Shown here: positions 34,648-43,807 of the stretch, one piece after another
How the letters are laid out: the number at the start of each line of letters is the position of its first letter
How positions within the stretch are numbered: position 1 is the stretch's first letter
Assembly: GCA_035534715.1 (NCBI GenBank)
Contig: DATLRJ010000011.1
Span: 1 to 46,030 of the forward strand
Origin: Acidimicrobiales bacterium
GTDB taxonomy: Bacteria > Actinomycetota > Acidimicrobiia > Acidimicrobiales > Bog-793
Direction of reading: 5' to 3'
Length of the DNA stretch: 46,030 bases
Program-made: the position numbers and the translations under genes
The notes under the pieces: model-generated
The model's database searches: none
What the model was told of the DNA's origin: nothing
The model's input: the letters and a program-made list of their open reading frames with translations, nothing else

Positions 34648-35199
34648 ATGCGCCGATGGGGAAGTGGTTCGACGCAGTTCCGGACGGGCGCGCGTGCGTC
34701 CTGTGGCACGTCTAGCCGCGCGGTCGTCGCGTCCGCGCTCGCAGTGGGACTGGGGGCGGGGGGCGTCGCTGTGCTCGTGCCGGCCGCGTCGCCAGCGGCC
34801 GCGACGACGCGGCCGGCTCCGGCCGCTGTCGACATCGCGGCACGGGGCTCTCTCGGCAAGGTCCTCGTCGACGCTGCGGGCCGTACCCTGTATCACTTCA
34901 CGTCGGACAGGGTGCACTCGCTCGCGTGCACCGGGGGATGCCTCGCGATCTGGCCGCCACTGCTTCTAGCTAAGGGGCAGAAGGCCCCACGCGCCGGAGC
35001 GGGTGTCGCGCACCTCGGGACGGTCGCACGCCCCCACGGTGAGCGGCAGGTGACGTACGAGGGAGAGCCGCTCTACGTCTACTCGGGCGACAAGAAGTCA
35101 GGACAGACGCGGGGCGAGGGGATCGGCGGGGTGTGGTTCGTCGTGAAGGTCGCGGCACACGCGGCGTCGACGACCTCCTCGAGCGGCGGCTACTACTGA
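34648..35199 (+). CDS. Secreted protein with Yx(FWY)xxD repeats (COG4315 / Lipoprotein_15-like)
   Basis: Lies inside track ORF 34342..35199. ATG 34648 follows GAGGGAGG. It has a signal peptide and then two repeats containing LYHFTSD and LYVYSGD. Confidence 0.7.
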   Translation: MRRWGSGSTQFRTGARASCGTSSRAVVASALAVGLGAGGVAVLVPAASPAAATTRPAPAAVDIAARGSLGKVLVDAAGRTLYHFTSDRVHSLACTGGCLAIWPPLLLAKGQKAPRAGAGVAHLGTVARPHGERQVTYEGEPLYVYSGDKKSGQTRGEGIGGVWFVVKVAAHAASTTSSSGGYY

Positions 35200-35202
35200 T
35201 CC

Positions 35203-35799
35203 GTGCGCCTCGTGGGCAGTGAGCCGTCCGTGCGCGCCACGGCGCAGGCGGACTCGGTGTCGGACGAGGCGCTCGTCGCGGGTATGGCTGCCGGTGACGA
35301 GCAGGCTGCCGCGGCCTTCGTCCGCCGCTACCAGCGCCGCGTCTTCGGCCTCGCGATGTCGATGCTCGGGGACAGGGCGCTCGCGGAGGACGTCGCGCAG
35401 GAGGCGCTGGTCCGGGCGTGGCGCCACGCGTCGGTGTTCGACCCCCGGCGCGCGCCGGTGGCCGCGTGGCTCCTCACGATCACGCGCCACCTCGCGATCG
35501 ACGCGCTTCGCCTGCGCCGAGCCGTGCCGCTAGCGGACGAGGAGATCGCCCGCCTCGTGCGCTGCGACGACGACACCGAGCGTGCCATCGAGGTCGCCCT
35601 CGCGCGCCCGGGCCTGCGGGCCGCGCTCGCCGAGCTCCCTGCCGAGCAGCGTCGCGCCCTCGTGCTCGCCCACGCGTACGGATACACCGCGGCGGAGGTC
35701 GGCCGGCTCGAGCACGTGCCGCTCGGGACCGCGAAGACACGGATCCGTGCCGCCATGGCGAAGCTCCGGGGCGCGATGCACGGCGAGAAGGCACCATGA
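35203..35799 (+). CDS. ECF-type RNA polymerase sigma factor
   Basis: Track ORF 35203..35799. It has ..FVRRYQRRVFGLAMSMLGDRALAEDVAQEALVRAWRH.. (region 2) and ..LPAEQRRALVLAHAYGYTAAEVGRLEHVPLGTAKTRIR.. (region 4). Confidence 0.85.
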   Translation: MRLVGSEPSVRATAQADSVSDEALVAGMAAGDEQAAAAFVRRYQRRVFGLAMSMLGDRALAEDVAQEALVRAWRHASVFDPRRAPVAAWLLTITRHLAIDALRLRRAVPLADEEIARLVRCDDDTERAIEVALARPGLRAALAELPAEQRRALVLAHAYGYTAAEVGRLEHVPLGTAKTRIRAAMAKLRGAMHGEKAP

Positions 35800-36512
35800 G
35801 CGACGAGGACCGCGCGGAGCCGGTGCGCGTCTGTGGCGAGGTGGAGGGGGATCTCGCCGAGCTCGCGCTCTGCGTCCTCACGGGCGAGGAGCGGGCTCGA
35901 GTCGTCGACCACCTCGAGGGGTGCGCGGCGTGCGCCGCGGCGCTCCGCGAGCTCGCGGGCGTCGCAGACCGGCTCGTTGCCGATCTCCCGGAGATGGACC
36001 CCCCGCCCGGCTTCGAGAGCAGGGTGCTCCACCGGATTCGCTCGGTGGAGCCACGACCGACGCGGCGTGGAGACCACCGGCTCGTGCGTGCCGTAGCGAT
36101 CGCGGCGATCGCGGCCTCGGCCGCCGCTGCGTTCGTCGTCGGTCGGGCGTCGTCGCCGTCGACCCCGGCCGGGGGGATCCGCGACGCCGCCGGGGCTGCC
36201 GCGCCCTCGCGTTCATCGGGGCTGTCCGTCGCGCTGCTGACGTCGGCCGGCCGGTTCGTCGGGGACGCCTACGCGGATGGCGGCCGCCACCCGTGGCTGC
36301 TCGTCTCGATCGATCGTCTCTCCGGCGACTCCTCCGTGACCTGCGACGTCACCGGTCGGGACGGCCGAGTTGTCGTGCTCGGTTCGTTCTGGCTGAGCTC
36401 GGGTCGGGGCTCCTGGGTCGTTCCGGTCCCGGCGTCGCTCGGTCGGCTCCGCTCGGCGCTGATCACGGCCTCTGGGGGCAAGGTGCTCGCGAGCGCGACG
36501 TTCGCGGCGTGA
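35796..36512 (+). CDS. Zinc-binding anti-sigma factor (ZAS, HxxxCxxC), single TM
   Basis: Lies inside track ORF 35418..36512. ATG 35796 overlaps the sigma stop (ATGA). It has the motif HLEGCAAC and the TM VRAVAIAAIAASAAAAFVV. Confidence 0.75.
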   Translation: MSDEDRAEPVRVCGEVEGDLAELALCVLTGEERARVVDHLEGCAACAAALRELAGVADRLVADLPEMDPPPGFESRVLHRIRSVEPRPTRRGDHRLVRAVAIAAIAASAAAAFVVGRASSPSTPAGGIRDAAGAAAPSRSSGLSVALLTSAGRFVGDAYADGGRHPWLLVSIDRLSGDSSVTCDVTGRDGRVVVLGSFWLSSGRGSWVVPVPASLGRLRSALITASGGKVLASATFAA

Positions 36513-37450
36513 TCCGTCGCGGCCTCGCGGTGCTCGCGCTGGCGGTCGCGCCGCTCGCTGCGACCGGTGCGGGAACGGTCGCGACCGCGGGCGGCGTGGC
36601 GCCGCGTGCGCCCGCCGCGCGGCTCTCTCCCGCAGCGGTGGCCGCGGGCGAGGTGTCGGGGGCGAGGGGAGGGCCGTGCGTCGGCGCCCCCGCGTCCCGG
36701 CACTACTCCCACGTCGTGTGGATCGTCATGGAGAACGAGGGCTTCGGCCAGGTCGCGGACAGCGCGGCAGCGCCGTTCCTCCGTCGGCTCGGATCCGAGT
36801 GCGGGCTCGCGACCGACTACCTCGCCGTCGCGCACCCGAGTCTCCCGAACTACCTCGCGATGACCTCGGGGAGCACTGACGGCGTGACCGACGACGCCGA
36901 CCCGATCGTCCACCGCCTCTCCGAGAGGAGCATATTCTCCCAGCTCTCGGGAGGGTGGCGGGCGCTCGAGGACGCGATGCCGGGTCCGTGCGACCGGGTG
37001 ACGTCCGGACTGTACGCGGCGCGTCACGATCCCGCGGTGTACTTCACGGACCTCCGAGCGACGTGTGCGCGCGACGTGGTGCCGCTGAGGTACCCGCTCG
37101 ACCTCTCCGCCCGCTTCACTTTCATCACTCCGGACGTCTGCAACGACATGCACAGCTGTCCGATCGCGACTGGCGACGAATGGCTCGCGAAGACGGTCGG
37201 GTCGATCGTCTCGAGCTCGCAGTACCGTGCAGGTGGCACCGCGTTGTTCGTCGTGTGGGACGAGAGTGAGGCGGCCGGAGCGAATCGCGTCGCCGCGTAC
37301 GTCGTCGCCCCGTCGGTACCTCGCGGGAGCCGTGTAGGTGCGCCGTTCACGCACTACTCCCTGCTTGCGACCGCAGAGGACCTCCTCGGACTGCCGCGCC
37401 TCGGGGCAGCTCGCACGGCTCGCTCGATGGTCGTGCCGTTCCACCTCTGA
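36509..37450 (+). CDS. Secreted phosphoesterase-family protein (phospholipase C / acid phosphatase-like)
   Basis: Lies inside track ORF 35582..37450. GTG 36509 overlaps the anti-sigma stop. It has a signal peptide and then HVVWIVMENEGF, ..HPSLPNYLAMTSG.. and ..FITPDVCNDMH... Confidence 0.75.
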   Translation: MIRRGLAVLALAVAPLAATGAGTVATAGGVAPRAPAARLSPAAVAAGEVSGARGGPCVGAPASRHYSHVVWIVMENEGFGQVADSAAAPFLRRLGSECGLATDYLAVAHPSLPNYLAMTSGSTDGVTDDADPIVHRLSERSIFSQLSGGWRALEDAMPGPCDRVTSGLYAARHDPAVYFTDLRATCARDVVPLRYPLDLSARFTFITPDVCNDMHSCPIATGDEWLAKTVGSIVSSSQYRAGGTALFVVWDESEAAGANRVAAYVVAPSVPRGSRVGAPFTHYSLLATAEDLLGLPRLGAARTARSMVVPFHL

Positions 37451-37633
37451 CCGACGTCCCCTGACGCCTCGCCGGCGGCGCGTCGCCCCGACCGGTCGCG
37501 TAGCGCGTCCCGGCGCCGCACGTTTCTCAGCGCCTTGCGCGCCACGCGTCGGCGAGGCCACAGGTTCGGACGCGAGCCTCGTCGTGACGAGGTGCGCCCC
37601 CGGCGCACCGCCGGCGCACGATGAGGAGGAGCC

Positions 37634-38002
37634 ATGACGCAATGGACCGAGGGGCTCGAGCTGTCGGCGCCCCCGCACCGTGCACCGGGCGCCCGCACCC
37701 GGGCACTGCGGAGCGCGCTCGCGACCCTCGCTCTTGTCGCCGGGGTCGGCGTTCTCGGGTTCGGCGCCTCGCGTGCGCTGTCCACCGCGATGACGTCGCC
37801 GTCGGCGACGCTCGCGGCGCGACCGCACGTGGGCACTACGGCGCCCGCCGCGGCGAGCAGCGCGGTGACGGCGGCAGCGGGTACCGGGTCCGGACGGGTC
37901 GTCGCCCTCAGCTCCCCGCCCGCGGGGCGAGGCCTCGACGACTCAGCCCGGCGACGCTCGGGCGAGTCGCTCGGGCCGGTCAGCGGGGGTGCCGACGGCT
38001 GA
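37634..38002 (+). CDS. Hypothetical membrane-anchored protein
   Basis: Track ORF 37634..38002. ATG is preceded by GAGGAGGAG. It has one TM (LATLALVAGVGVLGFGA), and the rest is low-complexity Ala/Ser/Gly. Confidence 0.35.
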   Translation: MTQWTEGLELSAPPHRAPGARTRALRSALATLALVAGVGVLGFGASRALSTAMTSPSATLAARPHVGTTAPAAASSAVTAAAGTGSGRVVALSSPPAGRGLDDSARRRSGESLGPVSGGADG

Positions 38003-38208
38003 GAAGGGTGCCCATCTCGCGGTGACGCCCACTCGTTCGTCGTCGTCGACCTGACCCTCACCAACGGCTCGTTGCGGGGTTGCTCGGCGAGGTGGCCCTT
38101 CCTGCTCGCTTCGCGGCAGAGCGTCGCCGCGCTCGACGTCCTCGCCGGAGAGCGCATCGCCCAGCTGTAGCTCCTTGTCGGCGGCGCGCCGCGCGGTACG
38201 GTCGGACC

Positions 38209-39153
38209 GTGAGCGGGCCCGTCGAGATCCGCGGATCGACGAATCGGACCCCGCGCGTGCCGGGGCCGGAGGACGTCACCCGAGCGGTGGAGAGGATCGC
38301 GCCGTACGCGCGCCGGACCCCGATCCTCGCCCTCGAGGTCGACGGTCGGCCGCTCGCGCTCAAGCTAGAGCACCTCCAGCTCAGTGGGTCGTTCAAGCTA
38401 CGCGGCGCGCTGAATGCGCTGGTGGCAGAGCCGGACGCACTGGAGGTCGTGACCGCATCGGGCGGCAATCACGGGCTCGGGGTAGCGATCGCGGCCCACC
38501 TGCTCGGGAGGCGGGCGACGATCTTCGTCCCCGAGAGGGCCCCTGCCTCGAAGGCGCGGCGGATCACGGCTGCCGGAGCCGAGCTCGTGCGCACGGGTGC
38601 GACGTACGCGGCCGCCGTCGAGTCCGCCCTCGCGTACGTCTCCGAGCGAGGTGGGCGATACGTGCCCGCGTACGACGATCCTCTCGTCGTCGCCGGTCAG
38701 GGGACAGTCGCCGCGGAGATCGTCGTGAGCGCGCCGGAAGTCGACGCCATCGTCGTCGCCGCGGGTGGGGGCGGCCTCGCCGCGGGGTGCGCGCTCGGTG
38801 GTGGCGGCCGCCTCGTGGTCGCGGTCGAGCCCGAGCGCTGTTGTTCGCTCCACGACGCTCTCGCCGCAGGCCGACCTGTGGACGCGCCGACGGACTCGGT
38901 CGCGTCGTCGGCACTCGGCGCGACGCGCGTCGGCGAGATCCCGTTCGCCGTGCTCTCGTCGCGCGCCCCGGCGAGCGTGCTCGTCTCGGACTCGGCGATC
39001 CTCGCGGCGCGCGACCGGCTGTGGGAGGAGTGCCGCCTCGCCGTCGAGCCGGCCGCCGCCGCGGGCGTCGCCGCGTGGATCGCCGGCACGGTCGAGGCCG
39101 AGCTACCTTGCGTCGTCCTGTGCGGGGCGAACGCGGACTGGCTTCCGGGGTGA
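38209..39153 (+). CDS. PLP-dependent threonine/serine dehydratase-family enzyme
   Basis: Lies inside track ORF 38080..39153; GTG 38209 was chosen. It has the PLP-lysine motif LQLSGSFKLRGA and ..ASGGNHGLGVA.. and ..VAAGGGGL.. glycine loops. Confidence 0.8.
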   Translation: MSGPVEIRGSTNRTPRVPGPEDVTRAVERIAPYARRTPILALEVDGRPLALKLEHLQLSGSFKLRGALNALVAEPDALEVVTASGGNHGLGVAIAAHLLGRRATIFVPERAPASKARRITAAGAELVRTGATYAAAVESALAYVSERGGRYVPAYDDPLVVAGQGTVAAEIVVSAPEVDAIVVAAGGGGLAAGCALGGGGRLVVAVEPERCCSLHDALAAGRPVDAPTDSVASSALGATRVGEIPFAVLSSRAPASVLVSDSAILAARDRLWEECRLAVEPAAAAGVAAWIAGTVEAELPCVVLCGANADWLPG

Positions 39154-39198
39154 CGCGTCGCCGTGCATTTGTGGCACCTGGGGTCTCGCCGCGCGACC

Positions 39199-39981
39199 CT
39201 ACGGGCCGGTGCGGGTGAGCGAAGGATTCCGCAGGTCCATCGTGATCCTCGACGCGACGTCGTGGAGCTGCGGCGCCAGCCGCTCGAGCCGGTCGCGGCC
39301 CCACCGTGTGCTCGGAGCTGCGACAGTGAGCGCAGCGATCGGCCTTCCGCCGACGCCTTCGATGGCGACGGCGATCGCGTTGACCTCGCTGAGGTGCTCG
39401 CCGATGTTGAGGGCGTAGCCGCACAGCCTCACCGCGTCGAGCTCCACCTCGAGCGCACCGAGGTCCGGTATGGAGCGCTCCGTGATCCGCGTCAGCCCCG
39501 ACGCGTATCGGGCCCGGACGCTCGCACGCGGGAGCTGGGCGAGCAGGACCTTGCCCCCGGCCGCGGCGTAGGCCGGCACGCGAGCACCCTTTCGAGTAGC
39601 GACGCGTAGCGGCTGGCGCGCCTCGATCCCGTCGACGAAGAGCGCGTCGGGGCCGTCGAGGACCACGAGGTTGATGGTCTCGTCGATCTCGGCGCAGAAC
39701 TGCTCCAGATGCGGCCAGGAGACGGAGAGGAGGTTGTGGTCGCCGCGCGCGAGGCGGCCGAGGGAGAGTGCCGCCGGGCCGAGGAGGTACCGGCGAGTCC
39801 GCGGGTCCTGCTCGGCGAATTCGTGGATCCGCAGGATGTTCAGCAGCCGGTGCGCCGTCGAGACCGCCAGATCGAGCTCGCGGCTGAGGTCGCTTACGCC
39901 GATCGACTCGCGCGACGCGAGCAGCAGGAGAGTGCGAAGGCACTTGCTCACGGAGTCGTTCGGTATCGCGTCCTTCGACAT
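39199..39981 (-). CDS. IclR-family transcriptional regulator
   Basis: Lies inside track ORF 39199..40377, starting at ATG 39981. It has the HTH ..IGVSDLSRELDLAVSTAHRLLNIL.. and an IclR effector domain (..VPAYAAAGGKVLLA..). Confidence 0.88.
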   Translation of the reverse strand: MSKDAIPNDSVSKCLRTLLLLASRESIGVSDLSRELDLAVSTAHRLLNILRIHEFAEQDPRTRRYLLGPAALSLGRLARGDHNLLSVSWPHLEQFCAEIDETINLVVLDGPDALFVDGIEARQPLRVATRKGARVPAYAAAGGKVLLAQLPRASVRARYASGLTRITERSIPDLGALEVELDAVRLCGYALNIGEHLSEVNAIAVAIEGVGGRPIAALTVAAPSTRWGRDRLERLAPQLHDVASRITMDLRNPSLTRTGP

Positions 39982-40050
39982 AGTCGAAATGTACTCAGTT
40001 TCCTTCCACAAGGCCGTAGATTCAGTTATCCTGAACGCAGGGAGCCAAGT

Positions 40051-40065
40051 TTCCACATTGTGGAA
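40051..40065. promoter_or_regulatory. Perfect 7-1-7 palindrome TTCCACA-T-TGTGGAA, candidate IclR operator
   Basis: It lies in the AT-richer 220-bp divergent spacer between the IclR gene (start 39981) and the ThDP enzyme gene (start 40202). An extra half-site TTCCACA is at 40004-40010. Confidence 0.6.
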
Positions 40066-40201
40066 GTTGGCGGACGGTACGTGGGGGGGGAATGGGCGAC
40101 GCGCGAAAGCGCCCGCGTTGCGCGCGCAACCGTGACGTCGGTCGCGCTCGCCGGGCTGCTGCCCACGGCGACGCGGTGTCTGCGTCTGGCGGTGTTCACC
40201 G

Positions 40202-41806
40202 ATGACGACGGTGCGCGATGCGGCGTTCGAGGTGTTTCGGCGGTACGAGCTGACGACCATCTTCGCGAATCCCGGCTCGACCGAGATCGCGCTCCTCACG
40301 GATCTCCCCGAGGACCTGCGGTTCGTCCTCGCGCTGCACGAGGGGTCCGTTGTCGGCGCGGCCACGGGGTTCGCCATCGCTAGCGGCAGACCTGCCCTCG
40401 CTGTTCTTCACACGACCGCGGGGCTCGGTAACGCGACAGGCGCGCTCGCGACGGCGCGTACCAACCGAGCGCCCCTCGTCGTCATCGTCGGGCAGCAGGA
40501 CCGCCGCCACCTCGCGTTCGCGCCCTTCCTCGCCGGCGAGCTGGAGGGCCTTGCCGGCTCGTACCCCGTGTGGTCCGCGGCTCCGGTTCGAGCGCAGGAC
40601 GTGCCGGGCGCGATCGCTCGGGCGTGGCACGAGGCATGCGAGCACCGTGGGCCGGCAATCGTCGTCGTGCCGATGGACGACTGGCGAGCGGCCGCTGACG
40701 ACCTCGCGATGGCAGCGCCGGGCGAGGTGCAGCGGCCCGTGACGTCGGACGCAGCGGGCCTCGGCGAGCTTGCCGAGCTCGTGGACACCGCGATCTCGCC
40801 CGCTATCGTCGCTGGGGCCGGAGCCGACAGCGCGGAAGCATGGTCAGCGCTCACCTCGCTCGCCGAGCGCCTCGCGTGCCCCGTGTGGCAGGAGCCGCTC
40901 GGCGCACGCGCGGGCTTCCCGCAGGACCACCAACAGTTCGCCGGGCACCTTCCAAGCGGGCGCTTCGGAGTCCGGGATGTGCTCGCGCCACACGACGTCG
41001 TCCTCGTCGTCGGCGCGCCGGCGTTCCGCCACTACCCCTACGAGCCCGGCCCGCTCGTCCTTGCGGGTACGAAGCTGGCGATGGTCACCGATGATGCCTC
41101 GGACGCGTTGCACAGCCCAGTCGATCTCGCGCTGATCGCGCCGATCGCCGCGACGTGCCGACTGCTTGCGGAGATGGTCGGTCCGCGCGCGGGCGCGATG
41201 GTCGTCTCGGCCGCGCGGCCGGTACCGACGCCGCCCGAGGGACGAGGGCACCGGCTGCGCGCGGCGCACGTCCTCTCGGAGCTCGCGCGCCGGATTCCAC
41301 CCGATACGGTCCTGCTCGAGGAGGCGCCGTCGAATCGGCCGACGTTGCACCGCGTCATCCAGGTGCGGCGGCCGCTCGGATTCCTCAGCGCGGCGATGGG
41401 CGGCCTCGGGTTCGCGATGCCCGCGGCTGTCGGCGTGCGCCTCGCTTCGCCGCGCCGGCCGGTCGTCGCCGTCGTCGGAGACGGGTCCTCGCTGTACGCG
41501 ATCCAGTCGCTGTGGACCGCGGCGCACTACGGCGTCGGAGTCCTTTTCGTCGTGCTCTCCAACGGTCGGTACTCCGTGCTGGACCAGCTCGCGAAGAGCG
41601 AGGGTCGTGGCGTGGTCCCGTGGCCGCCGTTCGAGGAGATCGACGTTGCGGAGATCGCGCTCGGCTTCGGGTGCGAGAGCGTGACCGTCGAGGATCGCGA
41701 GGGCCTCGTCGCGGCGCTCGACAAGAGCATCCCGGGTCTGCGCGAGATGAACCGTCCGTTCGTCCTCAATGTCGCGGTCGCCGCGGACCTCGAGTTCGTG
41801 CCCTGA
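40202..41806 (+). CDS. mdlC: Thiamine-diphosphate enzyme, benzoylformate decarboxylase-like
   Basis: Track ORF 40202..41806. The N-terminus (..TTIFANPGSTEIALLTDLPEDLRFVLALHEGSVVGAATGFA..LHTTAGLGNATGAL..) resembles benzoylformate decarboxylase as I recall it. It has the ThDP motif GDGSSLY..(x)..VLSNGRY. The symbol is tentative. Confidence 0.8.
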   Translation: MTTVRDAAFEVFRRYELTTIFANPGSTEIALLTDLPEDLRFVLALHEGSVVGAATGFAIASGRPALAVLHTTAGLGNATGALATARTNRAPLVVIVGQQDRRHLAFAPFLAGELEGLAGSYPVWSAAPVRAQDVPGAIARAWHEACEHRGPAIVVVPMDDWRAAADDLAMAAPGEVQRPVTSDAAGLGELAELVDTAISPAIVAGAGADSAEAWSALTSLAERLACPVWQEPLGARAGFPQDHQQFAGHLPSGRFGVRDVLAPHDVVLVVGAPAFRHYPYEPGPLVLAGTKLAMVTDDASDALHSPVDLALIAPIAATCRLLAEMVGPRAGAMVVSAARPVPTPPEGRGHRLRAAHVLSELARRIPPDTVLLEEAPSNRPTLHRVIQVRRPLGFLSAAMGGLGFAMPAAVGVRLASPRRPVVAVVGDGSSLYAIQSLWTAAHYGVGVLFVVLSNGRYSVLDQLAKSEGRGVVPWPPFEEIDVAEIALGFGCESVTVEDREGLVAALDKSIPGLREMNRPFVLNVAVAADLEFVP

Positions 41807-42304
41807 TGACTCGGACGACCGTCGTTCTGGCACGAAGGTTCCTGACCGCGTCGGCGAGCCCGGGCCCCGAGCCGTGCGCGCGAGCCGCGATCCTCCTGCT
41901 CCGCATGGGTCGTCGCGCGCTCCCGGCGCGGGCGTTCGCGGCCCGATCGCCTCCGCCGCTGTCTGACCCGGGGGTATCCGTCCTCGCAGGCCGTTCTGCA
42001 AATGGCCGGGCGCGAGGTGCCGCACTAGCGATCACCAGTTCGAGGGGGGGAAGACGACGACATGACCGATGCTCACGACACGTTCCTCTTGGACGCCGCG
42101 ACGTCCTTGCGGCGGCTCGGATTCGGCGCCACCGGCGCGGCACGCAGCGCGACGTACGAAACACGCGCGACGTGAATGTGACGACACGCCGACTGGAGCC
42201 GGCAGACCGCCCGCACACGGGGCGCAGTTGCCCGCCGGGTGCTCGGCACGCCGGGCTCCACATGGATTCATTCCCACCCGAACAACTCATCCAGGAGAGA
42301 ACAG

Positions 42305-43576
42305 ATGCGTAGGAAGCGTCTCAACATCGCAGCAGGTGTCGCCTTGCCGATTGCCCTTCTTGCCGGGAGCACGTCGGCTGCACACGCGACGTCGCCCGCG
42401 TCGGGCAGGAAGAGCCCAGCGGTCATCGGGGCCGTGTTCCCCTTGACCGGTGTCCACGCGCCGACGGGGACCGCCCTGCTCGACGGCATCGAGCTCGCGG
42501 CGTCCGTGATCAACAAGGAGGGCGGAGTGCTGGGGCACCCGCTCAAGGTCGACCCGTTCAACACGAACGCCGACCCCGTCGACGCGGTAACTGCAGTCCG
42601 GCAGCTGCTGGCGGTCGACAACCCGAGCGTGGTAATCGGCTTCAGCGGGTCCGACTACGAGCAGGCCCTACCACTTGTGAACCAGGCGAAGGTCGTGTCG
42701 TTCATCGACGTCGGAGACCCCGTTCTTGACCACGTCACGAACATGCCGTACATGTTCCGCGCCGTGCCGTCAGACGCACTGACGGGCACGGCGATGGCGT
42801 ACTGGGCGTGGCATCAGCACTACACGCGAATCGCGATGGTATTCGACGCCGATACTGCGTCGCAGACGATCGTCCCCTCGGTCGAGACGACAGCGCGCAA
42901 GCTCCACATCCAGGTTGTCGCGTCGAACTCGAGCGACTTGCCGACGGGGTCGCCGTCCTACCAGACTCAGGTCCGGGCAGTCCTCGCCGGCAAGCCGCAG
43001 GCGATCCTCACCCAGGTGGTCGAGAACGACGCGGGTACGTTCTTCTCGGAGCTGCAGAGTCTCGGTGGAGGAAACCTGCCGGTCGTCGGGAGCGATGCGA
43101 CCGCGACGGCTGCGTTCTCCCAGGCATTCGGCGCGACCCAGGCTCGGGAGCACCTTGTGTCCGTCGAGCCCGGCGTCGGCGTCGGCGGTCGGCTCGGTCA
43201 CGCCTTCGTGGTCGCCTTCACGAAGATGTTCCACACGCCTCCGCGCTCGCTCTCGTCGAGCGACTACGACGCGACGATCGTGGCCGCGCTCGCCATGGAC
43301 GCTGCTCACTCGACCGATCCCAGGGTCTACCAGCGCTACGTCATGAAAGTGACGACCCCCGGCCGTGGAGTCACCGACGTCAACTCCTACCGGCAGGGCG
43401 AGCAGCTCCTCGCGGCGGGCAAGCGCATCAAGTACGTCGGGCTCAGCAGCAGCATGACGTTCAGCAAGTACCACTCTCTCGCCGTCACCTACGACGTCGT
43501 CAAGACCGATGCGAGCGGGAACGTGACGGTCGTGGGAACCATCCCGGACGCGAAGCTCACGCCGCTTCTCGGCTGA
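42305..43576 (+). CDS. ABC transporter substrate-binding protein, LivJ/type I periplasmic binding fold
   Basis: Lies inside track ORF 42239..43576. ATG 42305 follows AGGAGAG. It has a signal peptide ending AHA and then ..IGAVFPLTGVHAPTGTALLDGIELA... Confidence 0.85.
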   Translation: MRRKRLNIAAGVALPIALLAGSTSAAHATSPASGRKSPAVIGAVFPLTGVHAPTGTALLDGIELAASVINKEGGVLGHPLKVDPFNTNADPVDAVTAVRQLLAVDNPSVVIGFSGSDYEQALPLVNQAKVVSFIDVGDPVLDHVTNMPYMFRAVPSDALTGTAMAYWAWHQHYTRIAMVFDADTASQTIVPSVETTARKLHIQVVASNSSDLPTGSPSYQTQVRAVLAGKPQAILTQVVENDAGTFFSELQSLGGGNLPVVGSDATATAAFSQAFGATQAREHLVSVEPGVGVGGRLGHAFVVAFTKMFHTPPRSLSSSDYDATIVAALAMDAAHSTDPRVYQRYVMKVTTPGRGVTDVNSYRQGEQLLAAGKRIKYVGLSSSMTFSKYHSLAVTYDVVKTDASGNVTVVGTIPDAKLTPLLG

Positions 43577-43807
43577 TCGTGTCACTGCGATGAGAGCCCT
43601 CCCGCTGGTCGAACCGCGATGTCGTTGCTCGGTGTCGTTCGCGAGCAGCGTCCGGTGTGGCATCACAGCGGTGCCGCAGCGGTTCGCGGGAGGCTCTCGT
43701 CGCGGTGCCAGGCGATTGTCGGCACGGTGCGCGCAGCGGCGACGCCACGGTTCGGGCGGAGCAGCCGTCAGGACGGACAGGGCTCATGAAAGGACATGGG
43801 AGTACCG

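Noticed and set aside
37560-37575. Possible tRNA T-arm-like string GGTTCGGAC, and other RNA gene signals
   Set aside because: No flanking acceptor, D or anticodon arm pairing could be drawn. I saw no tRNA, rRNA, tmRNA or RNase P-like segment anywhere in the window.
39154-39198. Terminator hairpin between the convergent dehydratase and IclR genes
   Set aside because: Only short imperfect stems (GTGC..GCAC, and GGGTC..GACCC with an internal mismatch and a tiny loop) could be drawn. That is not enough to call a feature.
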